The position numbers were made by a program, and so were the translations under genes. Positions 37,508-49,579 of a stretch of 64,000 nucleotides of DNA are shown here, one piece after another (positions within the stretch are counted from its first letter, which is position 1; every line of letters begins with the position of its first letter). The stretch is from Lama guanicoe. Lineage: Eukaryota. The notes under the pieces were generated by a model that saw only the letters and a program-made list of their open reading frames with translations, did no database searches and was not told the DNA's origin. The DNA lies in NCBI GenBank assembly GCA_013239625.1, contig MU053629.1, positions 3,437,567-3,501,566 of the forward strand. Direction: 5' to 3'.

Positions 37508-38848
37508 GGGAGCGTGGAGGGGAAATGTGAGAGCAGTAATCCATTGTAACACTTTAGGGGAACTGCAAGCAATTTCCATTCTATTGATCCTCCCTGGGCA
37601 TCAAAGCCACACTGGGTTTATTTCGAAAATTAAATCCTGGAGCATGTAGCAGGAGGGGGCTCTAGTTAAGTTGTCTAGCTCTACATGTGCCACAATTTAA
37701 TTATGATCTCGCCCTGACTGTCCATTTAAATACAGTAGAGGAACGGGGTGCCGCGGAGGCTCCCTGGTCCCAGCCCAGTCCGGTGGCGCCTGGAAGTGAC
37801 CCCATGAGCACCCCGCAGCAGAAAAGCCCCGTGAATCTCAATTACCCTCAGCTGACCACCCCTCGGCTCCTCCAGACTGCTGTTCATTTACATGGCAACC
37901 TCGGTGATTTTTGTTAGCCGAATATATTCATTAAAATGTTTGCTAAATCAATCTAATCTGTAGAGTTTACTCCTTTTTCCAAGACAAGGTTTTGATGTTA
38001 ACAAACGTGGTTATCATTAGAAGAAAAGTAATGTGCATTATTTAGGCACAGAGTGGATCCAACGTGGGGGATATTCCTTTCAGGGAGAAGCAAGGAATCA
38101 AAGTCTAATTCCAGAGTTGCAGGTGATTCTTGAGCTCTGGAGGCTCACAGACAAGTAAAACATCTGCAGAACTGCTCACACACGCACACACACACACACA
38201 CGCACAACACATATACCTTAGAGGGCCAGGCGGAGATTTGCCAACTCTTTATTTAGCCACTTAAAGGACTTTGTAGTCATCATCTATTATCTTCTCCTTT
38301 CATCCCAATTTCCTGACAATCTTAGAATAAAGAATAGCCCTCAACAGTGAATAAAGCTTAGCTTCATGAAGAACTCACTACCTTGTTATCATTTTCCTAA
38401 TCTCATGTGTGGAAACTTGCTCACAGCCCAGCACAGGTCCACAGACCACCCTTGGGAACCACCAGCACGGATTGGTTTTTCTTAATTACATGTTTATTCA
38501 GAGATGATGCTGGGAGAGGAGCGTGGTGTCCACTTGCTCCTCATCCACCCAGGGAGGTGAGAGCAGAGCTCCTTCCACAGCGGTCCAGAGGAGCCAGCCT
38601 CTAGTCCTTTGGGTTCGTCCAGCTCTGACCTATCTGCCCCCAAATGAGGCAGAGTTCCCCCGAGGTTCTCCTAGAGGAACGTCCTCTTGGGTAACCAGCC
38701 AGGCCTCCTACCCTAAGCCCCACAAAACCAACACGGAGCCTGACATGACAGCATCTCACGTAGCAGGTGCCGAACGCCACTGAAAAGTCATACAGGCAGG
38801 CCCGTTATCCATAGAAAAACCCCACCCCGAGATATTCCCCAGCCTCCT

Positions 38849-39062
38849 CTTCTGTTTTTAATTTCTTGTATTGAAGTAGAGTTGCTTTACAATGTTTCAG
38901 GTATAGAGCAAAGTGATTCAGTTATATATATATATTCTTTTTTAGATTCTTTTCCACTATAGGTTATTGCAAGATATTGAATATAGTTCCCTGTGCTATA
39001 CAGTACGTCCTTGTTGTTTATCTTGTATACGGTAGTGTGTATCCTTTAATCCCAAATTCATC
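38849..39062 (-). mobile_element. Short 5'-truncated cetartiodactyl-type L1 3' end with TSD
   Basis: gatattgaatatagttccctgtgctatacagta; TSD ccccagcctcct at 38837-38848 and 39063-39074. Confidence 0.92.
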
Positions 39063-39929
39063 CCCCAGCCTCCTGTAAGGCCACCCTTCTAAGGACACCT
39101 GCAACGTAAAATAGAAAGGGAGTCGGGCCGGACTTTCAGTAACCCCAGAACCCCAGGTGAATAGTCTGCCACGAGCTGGCTCCCTAGCCTCTCGCTGAGC
39201 CCGAGATTCCTTTGAAAGAAGTGACTTTTCCTGCCCATGGAAGGGGCCAGGGGTGAAGAGGCCTGGCAGACAGAGTCGCGGTGCTGGACCCCCCAGGCCC
39301 ACACCGGAAGGAAATCAGCAGTCTCTGACAAGCTGACCGGCTCTCCGGAGAAGAGAACTGTCATTAAGCCACGAGGGAAATCATTACCTGATCTATAAAT
39401 GATTACATGGGAGGAGGAACTGTCACTCCCTTCTGAGGAGTCTGCAGAATTGGGATTTTTCAACAAGAGCTGCAAACCGGTACAACACGGGGGCTCCCTG
39501 GAGCAGCTGGTGTATTATTCACGGAGAAAAAAAAAATCAGAAGTTAAGGCACTTCATGAGCTCAGGGGGAAAGAGAAGGTCTTAGGGACTCTGACTATCA
39601 AAGGATTTCAGACCATCGAAGGTGTCAGCCGGAAACTTAACTCAAAGGAGAACAAGTACTCAGATCTTCTGCCTGACAGTTTGGAGGCCGGCATCTCGCT
39701 GAAGTCTTTCCACTGGCAAAATAAGCGACTGGAAATCAGAGCTGCAGGCAACTGGGATCATTTAGCCAAAGACACTCCTTTTTCAAAGATGGAGACTCAG
39801 GTTCAGCCTACAAGAGTGAAGCTATTTCTGGTAGAGGGAAGCTAGAGGCATGCTTAGGGGTCCCTCACCCAACACTGGGAGAATGGAGGCGTAACAGGTG
39901 CTGAAAACACGCTACAGAGAACTTGGCAT

Positions 39930-40230
39930 CGGTAAGAAACCAGCTACTAAACGTACCTAGTGCAATATGGTGCGTCCAAAACCGTGGTGTTGAGTGAGAA
40001 AGTTGAGAATGGAAAGAGGTATGCAGCACGATAAAAACGTATGTAAATTTAAAACACATACTCACACAGAATGACGCTACACATTTTACAATGACACATG
40101 CATATTTTAGCTCCTATTCCAAACCCATCAGAGTGGGTGACTGTGGGGGACGATGAGAGGGAAGATGGGGGACGGAGAAAATACACAAAGAAAGGCCATA
40201 TGAAGCCTGATGCTGACAATAAGCTAGTAA
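39930..40230 (+). mobile_element. Old L1ME-type 3' fragment
   Basis: tgttgagtgagaaagttgagaat...tatgtaaatttaaaacacata; weak, diverged. Confidence 0.45.
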
Positions 40231-40321
40231 CTGAGTGTAATTAATGCAACTCATCTCCCTCCACCAGCGGTCCGCACACAATGGAACAAAATAAGCCAAC
40301 TGAGGACCAGAGAGCCTAAGA

Positions 40322-40490
40322 GCAGCTTCTCAAACTACAATGTGCAGACCATTGTCCTGAGGATCTTGTTAAAATGCAGGTTCTGAGTGAACAGGGCTGC
40401 GGTGGGGCCTGAGGGTCTGCATAGCTAATGAGCTCCCCCGGTGATGGAGATGCTGTGGGGCCAAGGACCTCACTTGGAGCTGCAAGGGCT
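40322..40490. mobile_element. MER5A hAT MITE
   Basis: cagcttctcaaact...gatcttgttaaaatgcaggttctgag...tggggcctgagggtctgcat. Confidence 0.85.
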
Positions 40491-40499
40491 TAAGAGATT

Positions 40500-40880
40500 T
40501 ATCCAAGATTAAAAAAAAAAAATGAGCAGCAAAGTCCAAGTAAGAGTCTACATGTCCAATATGAATACATTTCAAAATAATTATGCTCATGAGAGAAGAC
40601 AGGCAAAAAAAAGAGTGTATTATCATAATGTATGCTTCCATTTATGTTATCTTCTAGAACACACACACTCATCCATAATGATAAAAGGCAGACCCGTGGT
40701 TGCCTGGACATGGGGCTGGGGGGATGGATGGATTACAAGGGAAACGTTTTGGGATAAAGGATATACTGACTTGATTGTGGCGAAGCATTTTCCAGGTGTA
40801 GACATTGTCAAAACGCATCAGACTGTGTACTTCAAATAGGTACAGTTTACTGTGCAGCAGTTATACCTCCAGAAAACTGA
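40500..40880 (+). mobile_element. L1MC/L1ME 3' end
   Basis: tgtcaaaacgcatcagactgtgtacttcaaataggtacagtttactgtgcagcagttatacctc. Confidence 0.8.
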
Positions 40881-41129
40881 AAACAAACTAACAAGGATCT
40901 GCGTCCTCCCTGCCCATCCACACCACGCTGCAGATGTCCTGTTTGCATTTCCAGCGGAGCGGAACAGTTTTCTAGCTAGCCAGTGCCCTCCTGGCTGGAA
41001 CCCACCCCTCTGTCTCCTCCGCAGCTCCCATCTGAGGCCCAGGGCCACCATCTCACCCCAGGTCTGCTTAGGAATCCATGCTCTGATTCCACTCTGGTCC
41101 TCCTCTCCTCATCCATTCTACTTCTTCCC

Positions 41130-41650
41130 ATCGCCAACTTAAAATCCTTCAAGGTGGAAGGGTATAAAGATCAAAAGCCATGCCCTGCCCTGGGTGCTTC
41201 CTACCTCCTCACTATCCCCTCTTAGCAACCCTCTCCTCTCACTCCCCACCCCTGCCATGAGGACTTCCTTTTAGTTCTCCCAAAGCACCATCTTTGCACC
41301 CACTTGGATCTCTGTCCATAACGCTCCCCACCCTAGCCCCACCCTTCTTGCCTGGTGAACACCTGCACATTCTCCAGTCCCAGCTCAGGTGTCTCTTCCT
41401 CACCTCCCCTGACCACCCCCACCCTGCTCCGGTCCAGTCTCCTTTGCCCTCCTTCCAACCACACAGTCCCGGCTGTCACCGCACCTTCACCAGTGTGAGT
41501 GCCTGATCCAGGCCTGTCTCCTCCCTGCTCTGTAAGCCCAGGGAGAGGGCGCCACGGCGAATCTGCTCACCTTTCTGCCAACACCTAACCGGTGCCTGAC
41601 ACACAGGAGGTGCTCCACCAATACTCGGTTTATTGAGAGAATGTTTAGTG
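41130..41650 (+). mobile_element. L2 LINE 3' end
   Basis: ggtgcctgacacacaggaggtgctcc...ttattgagagaatg. Confidence 0.7.
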
Positions 41651-42420
41651 AACCCTCCAAAAGGGACTGCGCCATTCCTGGGCAAAGACATACCTAGGAT
41701 TTGGGGACAGCAGTTCATTTACCCGCCCACTTTGTCCCCTGCTGCCTCAGGTTCTGTGGAGGTAACCCAGAGGGATCACAGGTGATCTGAAAGTCCTCCC
41801 TCCCGTCCAACCTGATCCTTAACATTCCTTTCAAAGCACACTTTGCATAAAGTAAACAGCACATTTGCTTTTTGAGGCCTCTTTCCACAATTTCAACATC
41901 ACTGTGTTTGGATATAATCATTTCCTTCCTGGGCTTGTATCCCAAACTCTGGCCAGGCTGGTGGGAGTAGGAAGATAAGTTTCAGAGGACAATCTGGACC
42001 TCAACACAAGTCCCCCTCAGGTGAGGCTGGCTCACTGGCTGTGGAGATGAGGCTGCCAAGCCTGGGGACCCGTTCCCAGCCCGGGGCAAAGTCCCAGGAG
42101 ACCAGAGGGGGCCACCCCCAAGGGGAGGGTGGTAAGAGAGGGGTCAGGAGCAGACGCCAGGAGGGAAATGGGTGCCTGGCAGGGAGCAAAGGTCAGGTGG
42201 CATGGGTCAGCAGCCAGGCACCAGGTAAACCAGCTCATTGGAAGCAGAGCCAGGCAGCAGGGACTCCTGAAGAGCCCTAGGAATCAAGGAGGGAGGGCCA
42301 GGCAGGGCTCCAAGAGCTGGGCCAACAGCCAGGCATCACGACATCCAGAGGGCCTAGACTAACCCAAGCAGCTCCCCAGCACCACCAGCTGCTGCCACTC
42401 CCACTCCTCCCTCCACCATA

Positions 42421-42500
42421 GCACTGCCCCTCCCCATTAGCACTGCCCCTCCCCATTAGCACTGCCCCCACCATTAGCACTGCCCCTCCCCATTAGCACC
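42421..42500. repeat. 19-bp minisatellite, about 4.3 copies
   Basis: Unit gcactgcccctccccatta at 42421, 42440, 42477; 18-bp variant at 42459. Confidence 0.95.
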
Positions 42501-43299
42501 CTGCTCTTATCATCAGGACCAGGCATCAGGACCACCTCAGAAGCTCCTGGGGGATTGGGGGGCAGCCCTCTAATCTTTCTTCATCCAGTTCCACTCTGCC
42601 TAGCTAGAGGGGACCCAGGAATGAATGACCCAGACCCAGGCTGAGAGGGCTCTCCCTGACATGTCCCCATGATTTTCATACTGCACCACTGCTTGAGATG
42701 TCACAGGGGAAAGGAAGGAATTTCACAGCAGAGACCCTCTGGGAGACAGAGAGAGTGATTCGTGGTGAGCTGCCCCGTGAGGTCTGGGAGCCCAGAGTTT
42801 TGGGAGGAGCAGCAGCTGACTCCCTGGACAGCCAGCAGTGGTTCTGTCTGCTCTGCCCCTGGACCGCCAAGCATTCCTCTCTCCCCTGAGCTGGTGCCTG
42901 AAGCCCCAGAGGGTGGCAATGCGGTGGCATCCCTTCTCTGCCACAAGCCATCAGATTTGGCCTCCGTGGTGAAGGAGCTGGCATCATTCTCTGAAGGCCT
43001 GCAGGTCACTGAAGGTAGCTTCCAGAAGGAGGGCTGGAGGACGGGGAGCAGGCCAGGTCCATACGCATAATGGGAAGTCAATCTTAAGAAAAGGCATGGA
43101 CCACCTGGCATGTCCGTACTCATGGATGTATTCGCTGCCTCCATCACTGAGGGACCGGCTGTCTGTCACTGAGTGTCCCTGCGTCTGCTAAGCCAATAAC
43201 CCTTCCAAGCCTCCCCCCCACTCACCCAGTGGATGAGGAATGAAACCCAAAGGCGAATTCCCCTCATGTTAATAACAAAATGCTAACCGATGGGCAGTT

Positions 43300-43450
43300 T
43301 ATAAAGCACTTTCTGTCTGACCTACTTGGCAGTTAGGACAGACATAATTATTACCCTTCTACAAAAGAGGAAACTGTGGCTCAGAGAGGTTAAGAAAGTT
43401 GTCCAAGGTCACAGAGGTAGTGATGGCTGAGCCAAGGCTTAAACCAGAGG
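43300..43450 (-). mobile_element. MIR SINE
   Basis: gaggaaactgtggctcagagaggttaagaaagttgtccaaggtcacag. Confidence 0.85.
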
Positions 43451-43479
43451 CAACACCAGCTCTGAAGTAAATCCCATCT

Positions 43480-43670
43480 ACACTTTAATCCTAGTTCTGC
43501 CACTGATCAGCTGTGTGACCTTGGATGAGTTACTTAACCTCTCTTGAGCCCCAGTTTCCCCTCCTAACAAATGCTTTAATTACTAGCTAACTCACAAGGT
43601 GCAAGGGAGAATGAAGTAAGATGTAATATTTGAAATTGATGGTCCACAGAAAGCAGTTAATAAATGTTTG
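43480..43670 (+). mobile_element. MIR SINE
   Basis: tctgccactgatcagctgtgtgaccttggatgagttacttaacctctcttgagccccagtttcc. Confidence 0.88.
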
Positions 43671-44309
43671 TTTCTTCTTTCCAATTCCAAATCCTAAAAT
43701 AAATGGTTTTGGGACAACGCCAATGTGGAGGTTACAAAGGACTTTTCAGTGAAAGAGGAAGCACGTTCTGGAGAGAAAGTGGAATCTAGGAACATGTCGG
43801 CCAAGCACCCCATGTCCAGCTCCGGGCGGCGGTGCAGCTCCCTCTTTCCCCTCCCTCTCTCTCTCTGACAGGGCAGACAAAGCAGGCTCTCCCAGGTCTC
43901 TGCCGTCTCCTTCAGCACCCACAGAAACCCAGTCCCATAGCCACGGGGCACATCCACCGCTCTGCCCCTGCAGGTGAAAGTCTGTCAGCAGCTAAAGTTG
44001 CACCATCGGGGACCAGCGGGTGGAAGGATGCTCCTCACATCCCAACCTCTGATTCTGGCATTGAGGCTCCGAGTGACATTACAGCAGTCCTGTGTACTCA
44101 CATGCAAAGCCCTTCCTCTCCTGTCCACCACTCATTTCACCTCGCCCGCAACCCTGGGAGGGAGGGGGCAGTGGAGCAGCTAAAGATTGTGCAGGGTTGT
44201 GGGGCTTGATCTCAACAGACCAGAGCCCAAGCTTCTGTCTACTTCCAAGTCCTATGCCCTTTACACCGAGTCCTATATGCTCCCTGAAGACCCCAGCCAG
44301 CACCAGACA

Positions 44310-44790
44310 GCGCGAAGCCTCCCTGTATCAATGTCAACTCCGAGCTATGGATATCTTGAGACAATGCCCTTGCTTCTGGGAAATACACATTGAAATATTC
44401 AAGGGTAAAGGAGCAACTAACCATCAAACAGTTCAGATACACACACACACACACACACACACGCAGGGCAGGATTTCTTAACCTCGGCACTACTGACATT
44501 TGGGGCTGGATAGTTCTGTGCTGGGAGGGGTGAGGGGACAACTGTCCTGTGCATCCTCGGATGTTTAGCACATCCCTGGTTTCTGCCCACTAGATGCCAG
44601 TGGTACCCACCCCCTGCCCCAAGTGTGACAACAAAATTGTCTCCAGGTATTACCAAATAGGGGCAAAATTGCTTCTTGTTGAGAACCAGAGAGAGCGAGA
44701 GAAAGAGAGCGATGGAGAAAACAAATATGGTAAAATGTTAACCTTAATTTTTGTAACTTTATTGAAATGATCTCCAAACACAAAGTTGCA
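44310..44790 (+). mobile_element. Old L1MC/ME 3' fragment interrupted by (CA)n and MER20
   Basis: ggaaatacacattgaaatattcaagggtaaaggagca ... gaaaacaaatatggtaaaatgttaac. Confidence 0.6.
44469..44690. mobile_element. MER20 hAT-Charlie element
   Basis: caggatttcttaacctcggcactactgacatttggggctggata...cccactagatgccagt...gttgagaacca. Confidence 0.9.
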
Positions 44791-45779
44791 CAAAATAAAA
44801 TTCTATGAGCATTTATATCAAAAAAAAAAAAAGGAGAAAGAAAAAGACTTTGCCAGGTGACCAGCTCTCTATCTTGGCTCAAAGGCCCTAAATCCCTTTG
44901 CTCCCAGGTTGTGGCTCCCACAGATGCCAGCATTCCCTGCATAGTTAGTTAGAGCCTCAGATTCCTTCCAAACACACATGCCCCCAGAACCTCAGGCCCA
45001 TCTAGAGGAAGGTACGGGTACACCCCCTCGGTAGATGGGGAGCCCAGGCCCGGGAGGGAGGGGCCGACCTGCCTGAGGCTCTGTGGGGACTGCTCGCACT
45101 GTGCAGACTCCAAGATTCCAGGCCACCCTGCTCCCCAGAAAGCGCAGGGATGCACTGGGCTCCTCCCAGCCTCCATGAGGACTCCCTGGCAGAGAACTGA
45201 AAGTTAACCGCATGTGTTTTTTTTTCTTTACCCTCCTTTCCCCAGGGGAGGTTGCTGGGCTGGGCAGAGTTGCCTTTCAAGTCAGTTTCCAAGTCAGCAG
45301 ATTTTGCCTCCTTTCTTTGCCTTCCAAGCTGTGATTATTCCAAGTCAAACTGGCTAGCTGCCATGAGAGCAAATTGGTTATCCAGGGGAAAAAAATACCC
45401 CCAAACTTTTAAATAAATAAACAAACAAGACGAGGAAGGTGGCGGGGGTAGGAGGAAGAAGGAACGGGGAGAAAGGAAAAGTAAATTGTGCTAATGTAAA
45501 TTAGAATTATTTAAAAATTAAAAGATATTTTAAATTATTTAACCTAATTACCACCCAACTCTCCCAGGGAGATAGCTGCTTGTGTTCTGTGGAGCGGGGA
45601 GGATTAAGTAGAATCCTCCGGCACCAGAGAGGGGAGGCCAAGAGAACCAAAGTTTCAAAGCACCCGGGTTGGGTGGGGAGGCGACGCTTGACAGTGGGGG
45701 TGGGCAGTGGCACAAATGACAGTGAACGGAAGTGTGCAAAATATAATTAATGTGGGTATCACATTTCATGGTTGACAAA

Positions 45780-45920
45780 GCACTTCATTTTTACTGAATC
45801 CTCACACCCACCCAAGAGCCCAGCATTGTACATTGTGGAGAGACTGAGGCCAGGAGGGTGTAGGCACATGGTCACAAAGCCAGTAAGCAGCAAACCCAGG
45901 CTTGGAGCCCTGCACTCGCA
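45780..45920 (-). mobile_element. MIR fragment
   Basis: gactgaggccaggagggtg...ggtcacaaagccagtaagcagcaaacccagg. Confidence 0.65.
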
Positions 45921-46204
45921 GCGCCCTTTGCCGGCCCCTGCTCTGCTGGACCAAGCTCCAGGAGGATGCTGGGGGTGGGGAGGAGAAAGAACAGGAGCCC
46001 TCTGGGGTCCACACACCTGAGTTCTGATCCTGATTGTTCGGAGGGTTGTTGGAGATGATGTCTCTAAAGCACCTGGCACTGAGAAGTTGCTCAATGAACC
46101 AATGAACCGTAATGGGAAATGAGCCCATTTCCCTTACAGCTCCGAGGAGCAATGGGGAAACGTAAGGGGCATTAAAGCTCCATCCCACCTGTGACCTTGT
46201 TAGG

Positions 46205-46355
46205 CCAGTAGTTCTCAACCAGGCTGCACAATGACAACATCAGGAAGCTCTGAAAACTCCGCCAGTCCCCATGGGCCCCCAGAGCAATCAGGTCAGAATC
46301 TTAGTATGTTTAAGGTCCCTTCAGTGATTCCGGTGTGCAGCCACAGTCAGGCACC
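46205..46355. mobile_element. MER5A-like MITE
   Basis: cagtagttctcaaccaggctgcaca...gtgattccggtgtgcagcca. Confidence 0.75.
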
Positions 46356-47561
46356 TTTAAGCTAAAATCTGTTTCCACTTGGGACATACCATGAAGACAC
46401 AGATTACCGTGCAGCTGGAAGGATTCAGGGTAGACACTAAGTGGAACTTTTCTATAGGGCTCTAAAAGGTAGACCCAAGGGAGGAGATAGAATGTCCCTC
46501 CCTGGGGATTGGGAAGAGCAGAAATGAGCCCTTATGACTGAGGAAGGAACAAGAAAAGTCTAGGGGGCTTTCTAGAGGTCCTCCCCCGCATGTATGCAAC
46601 CAAACCAAGCAAGGCCCCTGTAGAGAGAATGGGTAAGGAGAAAGGAAAGAGGGGTTGTGGGTGACCATGAGACAGTATCCTTCAGAATGCCAGACAGTGA
46701 CCTGACAGTGTCAGAGATCCTTGCCCACCTGAGACCCAAGAAGGACACTCCCGGTGACCTGACAGCCTCCACCCGACTCGAGCTCAGGACAAGCACACCA
46801 TCCCGGGTGACTCCATTCACCCACCCTATGATTCGCAATACATCCTACGCAGTGCCAGGCCCTGGGCATTACCCAGAGCGTCAATTTCCTTTCCATTAAT
46901 CCAGGAAGGATTTTATTTGCATATCATTTGCATAAATTTGCTTATTTCAATTCAAGAAAGACCCCAACTCCAAGCAAGTGAGATAAAATAAATTGGCTTA
47001 TTTGTTGCCCCTCCTGCTGCAACTGTATTCCAACCTAACATCACCAAGTTCTAACACTGCAGCCTGGCTGGACTTCCAGGGATGGAGGAATGGTAGTTTT
47101 CTCCTTCCAAATCAGGCCAGGGGGTAAAACAGAGGCCTGCCTCCTCGGAGGGAGGACCAAAGCACTCGCACTGTGTTAACTGCACCTCCCCCCCAGAAAG
47201 AAAAACCCATAAAACCCTATTTTGCTGTCCTGTCCTGCATCGGGGACCACACTCCTGTCTAAGCTCAGGCTGGAGGAAGTCCTGCTCTTCAGAATGGTCA
47301 TTTAGTTTATTATAGACACCCTGTCAAGGCCAAAGCACAAAGGATTCAGCTGACTTTTAAGGTCCCTCCTGACTCTAAGCTTTTACACTAGGGTTTCAAT
47401 TGATGCTTTGCATCACATAGTTGAGTGAAAAAATCCATTATCTTAACAGCTGGCACCAGAATTGCTCTTAGGGAAGGAACTGTCTTCCAGGGGAAGAAAA
47501 GCCTTTGATATACGGCTTGTGGGACCTAGACCCTGAGGGTCCGAGGGCACTGAAGCCAGGC

Positions 47562-47649
47562 GACCACACCGGGGGCACCACAGAGATAGCACCATAGAGA
47601 TGGCGCCACAGAGAGGAACCATGGAGAGGGGACCACAGTGAGGACCATA
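47562..47649. repeat. Degenerate ~14-bp tandem repeat, about 6.5 copies
   Basis: gcaccacagagata / gcaccatagagatg / gcgccacagagag / gaaccatggagagg / ggaccacagtga. Confidence 0.7.
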
Positions 47650-47693
47650 TCCACTTTACTCCTTCAAGAGAGAAAGGCAAGATGGGATGAGGC

Positions 47694-48158
47694 TGCCATT
47701 TGCAGCAACATGGATGGACCTAGAGATCATCATACTAAGAGAAGTAAGCCAGAAAAAGAAAGAAAAATACCATATGATATCACTCATAAGTGGAATCTAA
47801 AAAGAAGAAAAAAAGAGGACACTAATGAACTCATCTACAAAACAGAAACAGACTTGCAGACATAGTAAACAATCTGATGGTTACCAGGGGGGAGGGGGTG
47901 GAAAGGAATAAATCTGGGGGTTTGAGATTTGCAAATGTTAGCCTCTAAATATAAAAATAAGTAATGAAAAAAAGCAAATTTCTTCTGTATAGCACAGGGA
48001 TCTATATTCAATATCTTGTAATAATCTTGAATATGAAAATGAATATATGTATGTATATGCATGACTGGGACATTGTGCCATACATCAGAAATTGACATAT
48101 TGTAACTGACTGTACTTCAATTTTAAAATTTTAAAAGTAGTTTGAAAAAAAAAAAAAA
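47694..48158 (+). mobile_element. Young 5'-truncated camelid/cetartiodactyl L1 3' end with poly(A) and TSD
   Basis: gcagcaacatggatggacctagaga...tatagcacagggatctatattcaatatcttg, A tail; 15-bp TSD aaga(t/g)gggatgaggc at 47679-47693 and 48159-48173. Confidence 0.95.
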
Positions 48159-48379
48159 AAGAGGGGATGAGGCCTAGGAGTGATGAGAGGTAAGAGTCCC
48201 TGAGGTCAAAATGGCTTCAGACGGAGCCATCCACCCAGTTCAGCTGACCGCATACCCTGTCAACTCCCAGAAGTCTTGAGGAGAGTGTGGTGGTGGCATT
48301 GGAGCATCTTGTCTAGATGACAAGGACCTAGGAGACCCCACCTCATGCCTGGGTTACACTCTTAATAAGAAGACCTACT

Positions 48380-48600
48380 AAACAGTAGCTCAACAAATGT
48401 TGAGGGCTTACTCTGGAAAAGGCATTATACTGAAACCCTGCATAACAATCTCAGGATATAGGTTTTATAATTATCCCAGTCTACAGACGAGAAAACTGAG
48501 GTTCAGAAAGGCTACATGAGTTGCTCAAGGTCAATGGCTAAAAGGCAACAGAGCTAGGATTTGCCGTCCAGTCTGCAGGGCTCTTGACTACCAGGTCATA
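48380..48600 (-). mobile_element. MIR SINE
   Basis: tacagacgagaaaactgaggttcagaaagg. Confidence 0.75.
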
Positions 48601-48849
48601 CCAGGTAAGCCCCTCAACTCTCCCATAAAGTACAGGAGGCCAACATCGTTTGAGACGAGGAAGGTGAGTTTCAGTGACCCTAAGTGACTCACCGAAGATG
48701 ATTAGCTCATAGGTAAAATCTTCTGATTCTCAGCACGGGTCCTTTTCTCTGTGCCACCTGCCTCTTCAGATCCTACAAATATCAAAGGAGCCTGTGATTT
48801 GATCCTAGCTATTTGTTTGGCGAAATGGTATTTGGAGGTGACATTATGG

Positions 48850-49020
48850 AGAAAGAGCCTGGGCTTTGGTTCACGAAGACCTGTGTTCTGATCCCTGCTC
48901 TGTCACTTGCTAGCTGTGAATACCCCAAGACAGGTGATTTAATCTTCCTGAGCCTCAGTTTCCTCATCTACAGAATGAAGGAATACTTTCTGTCCAGTGG
49001 CCTCAGAGGATGATGAATGA
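48850..49020 (+). mobile_element. MIR SINE
   Basis: ctctgtcacttgctagctgtg...cctgagcctcagtttcctcatctacagaatg. Confidence 0.8.
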
Positions 49021-49579
49021 AAAGGATTCTGGAGCACAAAGCAGAGCCCTGAGAACACAGGAGAGAAACAAGTTTTAGAGAGGGAGAAAGAGGGAAAGGA
49101 GAGGCTGTTTTGTGACATCCCTCAGCCCACCCAGCTCATCAGAGCCCCAGGCGCAGTGAGCAAGCCCTGAGCCCCCAGCCTGGGCAGCATTGCTCCTCTT
49201 AAGAGAGCCATTTTCAATTCCTCTGAGTGTCCACAATCCTAATCTCTCTCTCCCCTCTCTGAGGAAGAAAGTGCTGGGCTACCTCCCAGGGCGCTTCTGC
49301 TGGTACAAAGCCGACTCACAGCCCACTGCCTTCGAAGAATGCCATGAACCTGTTTGTTTCCCCCTCTGCTTCTTGATCCAAAGGCTAAGAAATGCTGCTC
49401 CTGGAAACGATCAATTGGCTCACAGCTTTCCTCACTTGGAAAGGCGCTGGCTTTGAAAATGAGCATGCCTGATTTTCACATCCCACTGAAGGGACAGTGG
49501 TACAAATCAGTCACCACCACCAATAACTGGGTCCGCATCAGAGGAGACAAGGGGCCTGCCTGCCAGAGACGCCAGTCTG

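Noticed and set aside
39399..39845. 148-aa ATG-initiated ORF with protein-like composition
   Set aside because: No recognisable family and the 3' part runs into MIR-like sequence; needs PhyloCSF or ribosome profiling before any claim
42421..42500. CRISPR-like array
   Set aside because: Head-to-tail repeats with no spacers in a mammalian context; a minisatellite
43300..43670. Inverted MIR pair as an RNA hairpin
   Set aside because: The copies look too diverged for a long duplex and the arrangement is common
44587..44600. CTCF-like site CCACTAGATGCCAG
   Set aside because: Part of ordinary MER20 sequence with a core mismatch; not locus-specific evidence
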